Assembly: GCA_030603445.1 (NCBI GenBank)
Contig: JAUVXU010000008.1
Coordinates: 16,770-80,769, forward strand
Reading direction: 5' to 3'
DNA length: 64,000 bases
DNA from: Methanomicrobia archaeon
Lineage (GTDB): Archaea; Methanobacteriota_B; Thermococci; Methanofastidiosales; NM3
This document shows, piece by piece, positions 20,273 through 31,348 of the stretch. Both the position numbers and the translations under genes were made by a program. The notes beneath the pieces are model-generated. The model did not search any database. It was not told the origin of the DNA and saw only the letters and a program-made list of their open reading frames with translations. Within the stretch, counting starts at the first letter, position 1. Every line of letters starts with the position of its first letter.

Positions 20273-20518
20273 ATGGGAAAAAAAGAAGTTATTGTCACAG
20301 TCGGTCTTAAAGAAGGCATTTCGGATCCTGAAGGAAAAAATGTCAAGAAAGCTCTTTCATTGCTTGGATTCAAAGAAGTTGAAGAAGTAAAGATTCTAAA
20401 AAGTTATAAAATAACGATAAATGAAAATAAATGTAAAGATATAGATGAAAAAGTTAAGGCTATGGCAGAGGGCCTCCTCACAAATCCAGTAGTGCATGAC
20501 TATGAGATCTCCTGGTGA
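20273..20518 (+). CDS. purS: FGAM synthase subunit PurS
   Basis: LKEGISDPEG, LLTNPV; position in the operon. Confidence 0.93.
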   Translation: MGKKEVIVTVGLKEGISDPEGKNVKKALSLLGFKEVEEVKILKSYKITINENKCKDIDEKVKAMAEGLLTNPVVHDYEISW

Positions 20519-20522
20519 AAAA

Positions 20523-22823
20523 ATGAGTGATGTTGCAGAGATAAATCTAGAAGTATCTGATTTTGAACTAAAAAAAATTAGCGAAGAAACAGGGATAGGA
20601 TTATCTGTAGATGAACTTAAAGTTGTGCAAGAATATTTTCAAAAAAAAGGAAGAAAACCTACTGACATAGAACTACAAGCACTCGGTCAAGCATGGTCAG
20701 AACACTGTTGTTATAAATCCTCTAAATACTATTTAAAGAAATACCTATTCCACCTTAAAGCGCCACAAAACATCAACGTTATCAAAGAGGATGCAGGAAT
20801 TATCGAATTTGACAAAGATCATGCTTACGCAGTAGCATTAGAAAGCCACAACCACCCCTCTGCAATTGAACCATATGGGGGCGCTGCAACAGGGATAGGG
20901 GGCATACTCAGGGACGTAGTATGTATGGGGGCTCAACCAATTGCACTTATCGACCCAATATTTTTCGCTCTTCCTACTACTAAATCCTCAGTAATTCCAA
21001 AAAGTGTCAAACATCCCAAATTCATATTTTCTGGTGTTGTTGATGGCATACGTGACTATGGCAACAGGGTGGGTATCCCAACAATTGCTGGGATGACTTG
21101 CTTCCATTCAGGATATTTGGGAAACTGCCTGGTAAATGTTGGCTGTGTAGGCATAGTTAACAAAAAAGACATCATATACTCAAAAGTAGGAAACGTTAGT
21201 GATTACTTCGTGTTGGCAGGAGGAGGAACTGGCAGGGATGGTATCCACGGTGTCACTTTCGCTTCAAAGGAATTAGACGATGATTCTGCAACAGCTTCAC
21301 GTTCTGCAGTGCAAGTTGGAGATCCAATAACAAAAGAACCGTTAATACATGCTTGCCTGGAAGCTAATGAAAAAAAGCTTCTCACAGGCATGAAAGACCT
21401 AGGCGGTGGTGGCCTTTCTTGTGTAGTGGGTGAAATGGCGCTTGCAGCAGGTTTTGGTGCAAAAGTACAACTAGAAAATGTCCACCTCAAAGAAAAAGAT
21501 CTCAAACCATGGGAAATTTGGGTAAGCGAATCACAGGAACGCATGATGATGTCAGTACGAGAAGAGCATCTAAAAGAAGTGCTAAAGATATTTGAGAAAT
21601 GGGATGTCCCTGCAGTAATAATAGGTCAAGTAATCCCAGAAAAACGAATGGAACTCACCTGGAAAGGAGATAAAATTTATGATATGGACCTAGAGTTCGT
21701 TACTACTGGTCCCTCATACAAGAGACCCATACGACCTGTGCGCATCAACAATGAACACAATAACTACTCTGAACCAGAAAATTATGAAGTAATGATAAAA
21801 ACTATTATTAATTCACTCAATTGTGCTTCAAAAGACTGGGTAATACGTCAATATGACTTTGAAGTGCGTGCAAGAACCATATCTTCCTCACTTGTAGGCC
21901 ATATCAATAATGAGACGCACGCTGATGCAGCAGTCATAAAGCCTCTTGAATCCTCGCAAAGAGGACTTGTATTCACATCTGATGTAAATCCAAACACTGT
22001 AGCAATTGACCCGTTTTGGGGTAGTGCAGGAGCAGTGGACGAATGTGTAAGAAATATCGTTGCCACAGGTGCAAGGCCCCATTCGTTCGCAGATTGCCTC
22101 AACTTTGGAAATCCTGAAAAACCAGATAAAATGTGGGAGTTCTCACAAGCTGTGCAAGGGCTTGCTCATGTTGCCGGAAAGATTGGAGCCACGTTTGTTT
22201 CAGGTAATGTGTCCCTTTACAATGAAGGTCCCGCAGGCGCTTGCCCGCCTACTCCAACTATACTTGGAATAGGCATAATAGATGATGTAGACGACATAAT
22301 CACCGTTCCTTTCAAAAAAGAAGGAAACCTTGTTTACCTTGTAGGAAAAACACGTGATGAAATGGCTGGTAGTGTCTACTTCAATCTTAGATCACTTGAA
22401 GGAGGAAAAGTCCCGAAGGTCAATCCATATGAACTTGCAAACGCTTCAGCAGGACTACTTGAACTAGCAAATATGAATAAAATATCATCATGCCACGACA
22501 TTTCAGAAGGAGGATTGATCCTGGCCCTAGCAGAAATGTGCATAGGTAATGGCATAGGCGCATCCATCCACATAAAAGACCTGCTTAGAGGTGACATATC
22601 ACTGTTCTCTGAATCCAACACAAGATGGATTTGTGAAGTAGAAAGCAAGGATAGCGATGCTTTTGAAAGCAACTTACAAGCACACTGCACCTCATTCGCC
22701 CTAATAGGCACAACAGGCGGGACATCACTTTCAATAACACATAACAAAAGGAAGCTAGCTGACCTTCCTATCTCTGAACTAATAAAAGAGTGGCAGGCGC
22801 CACTCTGGGAAATAATGGGATGA
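20523..22823 (+). CDS. purL: FGAM synthase subunit PurL
   Basis: WSEHCCYKSS, ESHNHPS, GRDGIHG, DLGGGG, SESQERM, LNFGNP. Confidence 0.97.
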   Translation: MSDVAEINLEVSDFELKKISEETGIGLSVDELKVVQEYFQKKGRKPTDIELQALGQAWSEHCCYKSSKYYLKKYLFHLKAPQNINVIKEDAGIIEFDKDHAYAVALESHNHPSAIEPYGGAATGIGGILRDVVCMGAQPIALIDPIFFALPTTKSSVIPKSVKHPKFIFSGVVDGIRDYGNRVGIPTIAGMTCFHSGYLGNCLVNVGCVGIVNKKDIIYSKVGNVSDYFVLAGGGTGRDGIHGVTFASKELDDDSATASRSAVQVGDPITKEPLIHACLEANEKKLLTGMKDLGGGGLSCVVGEMALAAGFGAKVQLENVHLKEKDLKPWEIWVSESQERMMMSVREEHLKEVLKIFEKWDVPAVIIGQVIPEKRMELTWKGDKIYDMDLEFVTTGPSYKRPIRPVRINNEHNNYSEPENYEVMIKTIINSLNCASKDWVIRQYDFEVRARTISSSLVGHINNETHADAAVIKPLESSQRGLVFTSDVNPNTVAIDPFWGSAGAVDECVRNIVATGARPHSFADCLNFGNPEKPDKMWEFSQAVQGLAHVAGKIGATFVSGNVSLYNEGPAGACPPTPTILGIGIIDDVDDIITVPFKKEGNLVYLVGKTRDEMAGSVYFNLRSLEGGKVPKVNPYELANASAGLLELANMNKISSCHDISEGGLILALAEMCIGNGIGASIHIKDLLRGDISLFSESNTRWICEVESKDSDAFESNLQAHCTSFALIGTTGGTSLSITHNKRKLADLPISELIKEWQAPLWEIMG

Positions 22824-22827
22824 TCAT

Positions 22828-23598
22828 ATGAAACCTGAAGATATCAACATATGCATCCTTCGTATAGAAGGGACGAACAATGAACAAGAGATGTATGACG
22901 CATTCAAACGCTTAGGTACTAAACCACATCTAGTACATCTTAACGAACTTTCTTCCCTTAAACCTTATCAATGTCTAATGATACCTGGAGGATTCTCGGC
23001 AGGAGATTATATCCGCGCAGGTACTATCTTTGCCTCACGCATAAAAAGCAATTTCATGGACGAACTCAATAACTTTATCAAAGAAGGATATGCGGTAGGA
23101 GGGATATGTAATGGTTTTCAGGTCTTAGTGGAATTGGGCCTTCTACCAGGAAACCCAAAAGGTAACGGGACCATAACAGCCTGCCTATCTCGAAACGATT
23201 CTGCACGTTTTGAGTGCAGACACAGCATTCTTAAACATGTCTCTTCTAAAAAATGTGTTTTTACATCACTGCTTCCGCAAAATGAGCAGCTTATCGTGCC
23301 TTCCGCACATGCAGAAGGAAAGTTTCTACTCTCTGGCGGTAAGAAAGCGTATGAAAAATTGGAAAAAAACGGGCAGATAATATTCAAATATGTGAATTAT
23401 AAAGGAGAAACGAATGCCCCATATCCATGGAATCCAAATGGGTCCCCATATAATATCGCAGGAATATGCAACAAAAGAGGAAATGTATTTGGTATGATGC
23501 CCCATCCAGAAAGATCATTTTTTTCCAAAAACGAGCACGGGTATTCTGGAAAAATCCTGTTTGAATCAGTAGTAAAATACATAGGAGGAACGTTCTAA
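22828..23598 (+). CDS. purQ: FGAM synthase glutaminase PurQ
   Basis: PGGFSAGD, GICNGFQ, AHAEG, NPNGS, MMPHPER. Confidence 0.96.
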   Translation: MKPEDINICILRIEGTNNEQEMYDAFKRLGTKPHLVHLNELSSLKPYQCLMIPGGFSAGDYIRAGTIFASRIKSNFMDELNNFIKEGYAVGGICNGFQVLVELGLLPGNPKGNGTITACLSRNDSARFECRHSILKHVSSKKCVFTSLLPQNEQLIVPSAHAEGKFLLSGGKKAYEKLEKNGQIIFKYVNYKGETNAPYPWNPNGSPYNIAGICNKRGNVFGMMPHPERSFFSKNEHGYSGKILFESVVKYIGGTF

Positions 23599-25013
23599 TG
23601 TGTGGAGTTATCGGCTTGAGCAGTGACAATGTAGCCTGGGAGGCGTACAGGGGACTTCTTTCCATCCAACACAGGGGGCAAAATTCAGCAGGGATTGTGA
23701 CATTAAACAATAAATTTTATCGAAAACAGGGAAATGGACTCGTATCTAAGGTCTTTGAAAACTTCGAGTTAGATGAATTAAAAGGAAATATTGGAATTGC
23801 GCATGTTCGCTACCCGACCTCCGGGAACGGGCCTGTAAGTGAATCACAACCTCTTTTTATCAATTACCCATATGGCCTAGCCTTGGCACACAATGGAAAT
23901 CTTACGAATTATAAGGAGTTAAAACAGTTCTTACATGATAAAAAAAGATCTTTGCAGACGGATTCTGATACTGAGGTGTTGCTTAATCTGCTTGCACATC
24001 AAATCTCAAGACACGACATAGACACTGCACTAGAGCATACTATGAACAATGCAGAAGGTTCCTATTCTGCTGCCATGTTGTTATGCAAAAATGGTGGCAA
24101 AATGATAGCATTCAGAGACCCAAATGGCATTCGTCCACTTATTATTGGAAAACGTGAAACGGAAACTGGATGTAACTATATTGTATGTAGCGAAAGTGTT
24201 GGGCTTGATGTAACTGGCTATGAAACAATACGTGATGTCAAGCCAGGAGAAGCCGTTTCGTTCTCCCGTGACGGGATAGAATTCAAGCAAATACGGCCCG
24301 CACGCCCTGCACACTGTATGTTTGAGTATGTTTATTTTTCACGACCAGATTCGATAATAGAAGGAAAAAGCGTGTATGAAGTACGCTTCAAACTAGGAGA
24401 AAACTTAGAATTTGACAAAGACATTGATACTGTTATACCTGTGCCAGATACGTCACGTACAGCAGCACTAGGATTTGCATTAAAATATAATATACCTTAC
24501 AGAGAAGGCCTCATAAAAAATAGGTATATAGGTAGAACATTCATCATGCCAACGCAGCCGTATAGGGAATCAGCAGTCATTGAAAAGCTTAATGTGATAA
24601 AAAAAGAGGTAAGTGGCAAGCGCATAGCGCTAGTTGATGACAGTATAGTAAGAGGAACTACGTCCAGAAGACTAGTCAATCTGCTTAGGCGCAACGGCGC
24701 AAAGGAAGTACATTTCATTTCCAGTTGCCCACCTATCAAATATCCCTGTTTCTATGGCATAGACATGACAATGAAGAATGAACTAATAGCATCAAGCTAC
24801 ATTGAGGATATTAAAAATAAAATTGGTGCAGATTCGGTAACATACCAATCGATAGAAGGATTGGTAAAATCAATAGGATTACCAAAATCGCACATGTGCC
24901 TCGCATGTCTTAACGGTGATTATCCGACAGGAATAACATGCGAAAAAGCTGAAATACTTGGCAAGAATCGAGAAAAGGAAAGAAAAAATTGGAAAGGAAT
25001 TAGGAGCAAATAA
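23598..25013 (+). CDS. purF: Amidophosphoribosyltransferase
   Basis: N-terminal MCG nucleophile, QHRGQ, HVRY, AHNG, VDDSIVRGTT, Fe-S cysteines. Confidence 0.96.
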   Translation: MCGVIGLSSDNVAWEAYRGLLSIQHRGQNSAGIVTLNNKFYRKQGNGLVSKVFENFELDELKGNIGIAHVRYPTSGNGPVSESQPLFINYPYGLALAHNGNLTNYKELKQFLHDKKRSLQTDSDTEVLLNLLAHQISRHDIDTALEHTMNNAEGSYSAAMLLCKNGGKMIAFRDPNGIRPLIIGKRETETGCNYIVCSESVGLDVTGYETIRDVKPGEAVSFSRDGIEFKQIRPARPAHCMFEYVYFSRPDSIIEGKSVYEVRFKLGENLEFDKDIDTVIPVPDTSRTAALGFALKYNIPYREGLIKNRYIGRTFIMPTQPYRESAVIEKLNVIKKEVSGKRIALVDDSIVRGTTSRRLVNLLRRNGAKEVHFISSCPPIKYPCFYGIDMTMKNELIASSYIEDIKNKIGADSVTYQSIEGLVKSIGLPKSHMCLACLNGDYPTGITCEKAEILGKNREKERKNWKGIRSK

Positions 25014-25014
25014 T

Positions 25015-26265
25015 ATGGCAGGAATTTGTGGGATTTATGCATTTGATGAAATATGGGATGTTTCACGATTCATATACTATCAATTGATAGCAACCCAATC
25101 AAGGGGACAGGAAAGCGTGGGCATATCTATCTCTGATTTCAAAAAAATAAACAGTATTGCTACAAAAGGGACTGTTCAAGAGAAATTGGATTCAGAGCAA
25201 GTTAACAAACTCATTGGAAGTGCGGGCGTAGGAGGGGTTTTTACCCGTGATATCGGAGGATATCTTTCTGATGATATTTCCATATATTATGATGGAAGTA
25301 TTACTATTACTGAGAAATCAGTTCAAAAGTTTCGCCAAAATTTAGAAAATATGAAAGATGAAGATGCAGTGAAAGCTTTTCTTGAAACACTCAAGGGGGC
25401 TTATTCGATGCTAATTCTAACTAAAGATAAGATGATTGCAACACGAGACAAGAGAGGTATAAAACCAATGGTTATCGGTGGTGTTGGATTTGACCTAGCA
25501 ATTGTTGCATCAGAAACAGCAGCACTTGATGTTATAGGGGCAGAACTCTCGCGTGACATAGAACCAGGTGAAATAGTCATAATAGACCGTAACTACATAG
25601 AAGAGATCAAAAAAGATAATCTCCCCTCGCCTGCGAACTGTATATTTGAGTACGTATACCTCTCTCGCATAGATTCCAAGATAAACGGCACCTACATTCA
25701 TGATATACGAAGCAAGATAGGCAAACTTTTGGCAAAAGAAAAGCCTGTTGAAGCTGATGTCGTTATAGGGGTGCCGGAAACTGCAATCCCATTTGCCATG
25801 GCCTATGCAAATGAGGCTTCTATACCAATAGATGTGGGTTTTATGAGGACCGGAAAGCATATACGAACAGCCATTCGTCCAACGCAAATGGAACGAATGA
25901 TTGGAGTACAGCTCAAACTCAATCCTATAAGAACGGCAATACGTGGAAAACGCGTTGTCCTAATAGACGACTCTGTAGTAAGAGGCACTACCATGCGTAA
26001 CATAGTCACTCTTCTAAGAAAGCGTGGTGCAAAAGAAGTGCACGTGCGCATAGGAAGCCCAAAACTAATCTCATCCTGCCCATTCGGAACAGAAGTACCA
26101 ACAATAGATGAACTTATCGCAGTGGAAAATACAGAGGATGAGATTGCAAGGATAATCGATGCTGATAGCTTTGGATACCTTGATTTAAAAGACCTAAAAG
26201 AAACGCTTGGAAGTGAGAATTTCTGTACAGGATGTATGTCTGGAATATATCCCGAGGTGGACTAA
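25015..26265 (+). CDS. PurF paralog lacking the N-terminal catalytic Cys
   Basis: Starts MAGICG; QSRGQ; PRT motif IDDSVVRGTT kept; HVRY and HNG motifs lost. Confidence 0.85.
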   Translation: MAGICGIYAFDEIWDVSRFIYYQLIATQSRGQESVGISISDFKKINSIATKGTVQEKLDSEQVNKLIGSAGVGGVFTRDIGGYLSDDISIYYDGSITITEKSVQKFRQNLENMKDEDAVKAFLETLKGAYSMLILTKDKMIATRDKRGIKPMVIGGVGFDLAIVASETAALDVIGAELSRDIEPGEIVIIDRNYIEEIKKDNLPSPANCIFEYVYLSRIDSKINGTYIHDIRSKIGKLLAKEKPVEADVVIGVPETAIPFAMAYANEASIPIDVGFMRTGKHIRTAIRPTQMERMIGVQLKLNPIRTAIRGKRVVLIDDSVVRGTTMRNIVTLLRKRGAKEVHVRIGSPKLISSCPFGTEVPTIDELIAVENTEDEIARIIDADSFGYLDLKDLKETLGSENFCTGCMSGIYPEVD

Positions 26266-27702
26266 ATGAAGTTTATGATAGTAGGAAGTGGAGCTCGTGA
26301 GCATGCCATTGCCGAAAACGCAATTTCTTGTGGATATGAAGTTTATGCGGCTAGTGAGATACGAAACCCAGGTTTGCTCAATCTTTCAAAAAAGCTTTAC
26401 GAAGTAAACATTCTTGATAGCGATGCCGTAACAAACGTTGCAAAAAAAGTCATGCCAGATGCGATATTTATAGGCAGTGAAGAATCCCTATTTGCAGGTG
26501 TTTCTGATGCTTTGCGCGCAGCTGGATTCTTCGTTATAGGGGCATCGAAAAAAACCGCAGACATAGAAAAGTCAAAAGGTTTTATGAGAAATCTTATGGA
26601 AAAATACAATTTATATGGGAGATTAAGATTCAAGACTTTTTCAAACATAGAAGAAGCCATAATATATATTGACGAATATGCAGGATCAGTTGCTATAAAA
26701 CCAACGCGACAAGCCGGGGGAAAAGGAGTAAAGGTCATAGCAGACCTGCAAGCATACCTAAAAGAAGAGAAAAATGCTGCAAAGAAACGCCACGTTTCTG
26801 ATATCGTAGAGCAAAATCTCTCCCAGGATTTAGAAGATCCCATCCTTATAGAAGAGAGGGTAGAGGGTGTTGAATACACTATGCAGTGCTTTACTGATGG
26901 GAAGAACATAATCCCATTAAAGATAGTTGAGGACCATCCCCATGCCTTCGTAGAGGACATAGGACCAGAGACAGGAGGTATGGGGTCTATATCAGGCGAT
27001 CAGGACAACTTGCCTTTCCTATCTGAAAAAGACTACCAAACCTCATACGAAATAATAGAAAAAGTTATCCATGCTATAGAAAAGGAAACAGGAGAACCAT
27101 ATTTTGGAGTGCTTTCTGGGCAATTTATGCTAACAGACAAGTGGGGGCCTACGGTAATAGAGTTCTATTCTAGGCTTGGTGACCCAGAAACAGTAAATAT
27201 AATGCCCCAACTACAAAACTTTGATGAAATAGTTGAAGGGATGAAAAGAGGGAACCTAGAAAATGTGGTTGCTCGATTTGAACAAAAAGCAACAGTAGTA
27301 AAGATAATCTCACCGAAAGGCTACCCCAACAACAGGGACATCGGCAAAGGACACGAGATTCATATAGACATAGAGGCTATTGAAAAGATTGGTGCTAAGG
27401 CATATTTTGGTTCTATTTACGAAAAAGATGGGAAATACTACACAGGCGGTTCGCGCGCTTTAGAAATATATGCTGCAGCTGACAGCATAGAAGAGGCTAG
27501 TGCCATCGTTGATAAGGCTGCTACATTTGTGAAGTCTGACTGGAAGCTTTTCTACCGAAAAGACATAGGGACAAAAGCCTTGCTTAAAAAGCGATTTGAG
27601 CAGGCAAATCTTGCAAGAGACATATTCCATTATAGGGCAGAAAGAGGACTAATCGGAAAGACGATAGATTGGATACCCGGAATAGGAAAGATTGAAACAT
27701 GA
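26266..27702 (+). CDS. purD: Phosphoribosylamine--glycine ligase
   Basis: GSGAREHA, GGKGV, GPETGGMGS, SRLGDPE. Confidence 0.95.
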   Translation: MKFMIVGSGAREHAIAENAISCGYEVYAASEIRNPGLLNLSKKLYEVNILDSDAVTNVAKKVMPDAIFIGSEESLFAGVSDALRAAGFFVIGASKKTADIEKSKGFMRNLMEKYNLYGRLRFKTFSNIEEAIIYIDEYAGSVAIKPTRQAGGKGVKVIADLQAYLKEEKNAAKKRHVSDIVEQNLSQDLEDPILIEERVEGVEYTMQCFTDGKNIIPLKIVEDHPHAFVEDIGPETGGMGSISGDQDNLPFLSEKDYQTSYEIIEKVIHAIEKETGEPYFGVLSGQFMLTDKWGPTVIEFYSRLGDPETVNIMPQLQNFDEIVEGMKRGNLENVVARFEQKATVVKIISPKGYPNNRDIGKGHEIHIDIEAIEKIGAKAYFGSIYEKDGKYYTGGSRALEIYAAADSIEEASAIVDKAATFVKSDWKLFYRKDIGTKALLKKRFEQANLARDIFHYRAERGLIGKTIDWIPGIGKIET

Positions 27703-27714
27703 GGTGTAATTGTT

Positions 27715-29019
27715 ATGGCAAAATACGATAGGAAGAAAAGAGAGGTTCTTGGAACACCCCTTACTAAAAACAGGGCAAAAATAATGCTGCTTGGGTCAGG
27801 CGAAATCGGAAAAGAAATAATAATCGAAGCACAACGCCTTGGTATTGAGACCGTTGCTATTGACAGGTATGCACGCGCGCCGGCACAACAAGTGGCACAT
27901 AAGAGCTACACAATAGATATGAAAGATGCAAATGCACTTCGCTCTATTATCGAATGCGAACAACCTGATGCCATAGTCCCCGAGATAGAAGCAATAAATC
28001 TAGACTGCTTGCAGGAACTTGAGAATGATGGATACAACATCATTCCAAACGCGCGGGCAACATATATCACCATGCACCGTGAACGCTCACGAGAAATGAT
28101 ATCAAAAGATGCGGGTGTAAAGGCATCAAAGTACGAATATGCAAGAAGTTTGGATGAATTAAAGGAAGTTTGTGAAAAGATAGGTTATCCTTGTTGGTCA
28201 AAAGCGATAATGTCATCCTCTGGATATGGCTCCTACTTCGTAGAAGGCCCAGAAGATGTGGAGAAAGCATGGAAAGCGGCTAATGAGAAAGCACGAGGCC
28301 ATGGAGACTGGGTCATCGTAGAAGAGCATATTGAATTTGACATTGAGATAACAGAACTCGCAATACGCCATTTTGATGAGAATGGCAACATTACCACCAC
28401 TTTCCCAAAACCTGTAGGACACTATCAGATAGAAGGAGACTACCACGCGTCATGGCAGCCAGCAGAAGTAAGCGACAAAGCGGAAAAAAACATCTACAAG
28501 ACAACTGAGAAGATTACAAATACCCTTGGAGGTCTAGGCCTGTTTGGTTGTGAGCTCTTCGTTAAGGGAGATGATGTCTGGGCAAATGAGATTTCACCCC
28601 GACCACATGACACAGGTATGGTAACCATGATGACCCATGCACCAGGTTTCTCAGAACAAGGATTACACGTACGCGCTATTATGGGACTACCGATACCATC
28701 CATAAAAAAAGATGGATTCAACATTATAGAGCCACTCAAGGCAGGTGCCTCGCATGTTATTAAATCCCCTTACGAAGGGTGGGATGCAGAGTTTGGCAAT
28801 ATCTATAATGCGATGAATATGTACCCTGAGTCTTCAATAAGGCTCTTTGGTAAGACACAGGCACGAATGCACCGCAGGATGGGTGTAGCGCTTGCTTTAG
28901 CAGATACTGTCCAAGAAGCAAAGATACGCGCTGAGAAGATGGCACATGCAGTCGAGATGCGCATCCCGGGAAGCCCCATGTTGTCACAAGACGAAAAGAG
29001 AAAGCATTTGGTGCAGTAA
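27715..29019 (+). CDS. purT: Formate-dependent GAR transformylase
   Basis: LLGSGEIGKE, APAQQVAH, PEIEAI, MSSSGYG, SPRPHDTG, RRMGVALA. Confidence 0.95.
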   Translation: MAKYDRKKREVLGTPLTKNRAKIMLLGSGEIGKEIIIEAQRLGIETVAIDRYARAPAQQVAHKSYTIDMKDANALRSIIECEQPDAIVPEIEAINLDCLQELENDGYNIIPNARATYITMHRERSREMISKDAGVKASKYEYARSLDELKEVCEKIGYPCWSKAIMSSSGYGSYFVEGPEDVEKAWKAANEKARGHGDWVIVEEHIEFDIEITELAIRHFDENGNITTTFPKPVGHYQIEGDYHASWQPAEVSDKAEKNIYKTTEKITNTLGGLGLFGCELFVKGDDVWANEISPRPHDTGMVTMMTHAPGFSEQGLHVRAIMGLPIPSIKKDGFNIIEPLKAGASHVIKSPYEGWDAEFGNIYNAMNMYPESSIRLFGKTQARMHRRMGVALALADTVQEAKIRAEKMAHAVEMRIPGSPMLSQDEKRKHLVQ

Positions 29020-29403
29020 ATGGAAGACATACTAATAATTGCTGGTAGTGCATCGGATATGCCTATTATCGAAAAGATAGAGCAGACCCTAAAGGATTAT
29101 GATGTCAGTTATTCTGTGGAAATCGCATCTGCACATCGCAATCCTGAAAAGGTATCGGAACTATCGCAAAGGGACGTGAAGGTCTTCATAGCTGTTGCAG
29201 GCCTATCGGCCGCACTTCCTGGAGTAATCGCCTCACAAACGAATAAACCTGTAATAGGGGTCCCTGTTGATTCTGCACTAGGGGGGCTTGATGCCCTCCT
29301 TTCCATTGTGCAGATGCCAAAGGGTGTCCCTGTTGCCTGTGTTGGTATAAATAATGGCCAAAATGCCGCATACCTTGCCTTGCGCATCCTTGGAAAACTA
29401 TAG
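29020..29403 (+). CDS. purE: N5-CAIR mutase / AIR carboxylase (short PurE)
   Basis: [29 protein letters not shown]. Confidence 0.95.
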   Translation: MEDILIIAGSASDMPIIEKIEQTLKDYDVSYSVEIASAHRNPEKVSELSQRDVKVFIAVAGLSAALPGVIASQTNKPVIGVPVDSALGGLDALLSIVQMPKGVPVACVGINNGQNAAYLALRILGKL

Positions 29404-29411
29404 GTGATAAC

Positions 29412-30407
29412 GTGGATTATGCAACGTCTGGAGTAGACATAAAAAAAGAAGAAGATGCTATAGCCTCCCTTTCCAAATATGTGAAGCAGACATTGCAACT
29501 ACGTGATGGAAAAGTAGGGGCGGCCCTAACAGGGCTTGGACATTTTTCCGGCTTAGTAGACCTAGGAGATAAGGCTCTAGCCATCTCAACAGATGGTGTT
29601 GGAACAAAGATCCTCGTAGGAAAAGAACTTGGTAGATATGAAACACTATCAATTGACCTAATGGCTATGAATGTTAACGACATAATATGTATTGGTGCAA
29701 CACCAATAACGTTCGTGGATACCATATCGGTGCAGACCCCGAATAACAAGATAATGGCAGATATAGGAAAAGGATTGCTAGAAGCCGCACGCCAGGCCGA
29801 AGTTACAATAGTTGGTGGAGAAACAGCAACAGTCCCTGAACTACTTGAAGGTAACGGGGACGGGATAGATCTCATGGGAACAGCTGTTGGAATAGTTGAT
29901 AAAGATAAGATAATCACAGGCAAAGATATCTCCCCTGGAGACACAGTTCTCGGGGTTGAAAGCTCGGGCATCCACTCCAACGGCCTAACTCTTGCAAGAA
30001 AGGTAGTTCCAAAGAGCAAGTATCCTCTTCTTCTTGAACCCACGCGTATATATGTTGGGGCAATACTAGAATTGCTGGAGCATATAAGGCCTAATGGGTT
30101 GGTGCATATAACGGGAGGGGGGCTTCTAAACCTCAAACGCCTAAAGGAAAATGTAGGTTTCTCGCTTCTTATGCCCCAGTACCCGGATGTTTTTCAGATA
30201 ATAAAACAAAATGCCAATATAAGCAACGAGGAGATGTACAAAACATTCAATATGGGGATAGGATTTATGGTAATAGTTAAAGAAGAAGATGCAAAAAAAT
30301 CCTACACTATATTAAACAAGCACTTTCCGACATTTGAGTTGGGAAAAGTAACTGAGACAGGCATAATAGAGGCATCTTTACCTGATGGAACAACAATAAA
30401 GCTTTAA
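29412..30407 (+). CDS. purM: AIR synthase
   Basis: YATSGVD, TDGVGTK, GGETA, SSGIHSNG, HITGGG, TFNMGIG; GTG start after GGTGAT. Confidence 0.96.
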   Translation: MDYATSGVDIKKEEDAIASLSKYVKQTLQLRDGKVGAALTGLGHFSGLVDLGDKALAISTDGVGTKILVGKELGRYETLSIDLMAMNVNDIICIGATPITFVDTISVQTPNNKIMADIGKGLLEAARQAEVTIVGGETATVPELLEGNGDGIDLMGTAVGIVDKDKIITGKDISPGDTVLGVESSGIHSNGLTLARKVVPKSKYPLLLEPTRIYVGAILELLEHIRPNGLVHITGGGLLNLKRLKENVGFSLLMPQYPDVFQIIKQNANISNEEMYKTFNMGIGFMVIVKEEDAKKSYTILNKHFPTFELGKVTETGIIEASLPDGTTIKL

Positions 30408-30431
30408 TATTTATTCTTTTAATTTATACCA

Positions 30432-31100
30432 ATGATAACCACCATATTTTTCGATCTCGACGACACCTTGCACAATTCTACTAGACTAGCACGCCTAGCA
30501 CGTAATGCAGCAGTACATATCATGGTGGATAAAGGGTTGCCTCTCACATTTGATAGGGGATGCAATATACTTGCTTCCATAATAAAAGAAAAAGGATCCA
30601 ACTATCCCCGCCACTTTGATATGCTTGTTGAGCAGACCATGAACAAAAAAGACTACAAGATAATATCGGCTGGTGTAATAGGCTACCATAATACAAAATT
30701 CGCAAATATGCACCCATTTAGTGACACAATATCCACCCTCATAAAACTCAAACAGATGCAGATGCAACTTAACATCATCACTAATGGGCGTGCAATAAAA
30801 CAATGGGAAAAAGTACTACGCCTGGGGTTGGAATCGTTTTTTGATAATATTATAATATCCGAGATAATTGGGCACAACAAACCTGAACCAGAAATCTACA
30901 AAAAATCACTAGATATTTCCAATTGCACTGCAGAAGAAGCGCTCTTTGTCGACAATGACCCAGAATGTATTATGGGGGCAAAGAAATGCGGCATGCACAC
31001 AATCTTAATGAACAAGCTGCAAAAGGAGGAGCCCACGATTTATTGTGATCATGTCATAACAAGCCTGTCACAAATACCTGCCATAATAAATAATCTTTAA
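30432..31100 (+). CDS. HAD-superfamily hydrolase (archaeal TIGR02253-like)
   Basis: FFDLDDTL, ITNG..IKQWEK, KPEP. Confidence 0.88.
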   Translation: MITTIFFDLDDTLHNSTRLARLARNAAVHIMVDKGLPLTFDRGCNILASIIKEKGSNYPRHFDMLVEQTMNKKDYKIISAGVIGYHNTKFANMHPFSDTISTLIKLKQMQMQLNIITNGRAIKQWEKVLRLGLESFFDNIIISEIIGHNKPEPEIYKKSLDISNCTAEEALFVDNDPECIMGAKKCGMHTILMNKLQKEEPTIYCDHVITSLSQIPAIINNL

Positions 31101-31348
31101 ATGTTCCTGCCAAAGAACTTGAAAAATGTTCAAAGATAGGATTGTTATTTGTGGTCATTGAAAAGGGAACTAAAAAAATCTATAAAAAGAAATATTATGT
31201 TTTTTTCTCCAGATCACTAACTTTTATACAAAAGAGGCCAATTAATCCTGCAGGAGACAGACTGCATGCCCGTAGGACTGGGGGTTTCTAATATTACAAA
31301 TATTTAAATAAATTCTACTTATTATTAATTATATATGGGGAAATTAAA

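Noticed and set aside
29417-30136. Long antisense ORFs (here and over purD, ahcY, alaS, glmM, DUF1102)
   Set aside because: Shadows of well-supported genes on the opposite strand.
31101-31290. Possible TnpB/IS605 remnant (PAKELEKCSKIG, GC-rich end)
   Set aside because: Only one Cys of the zinc finger and no RuvC motif; too weak to call.
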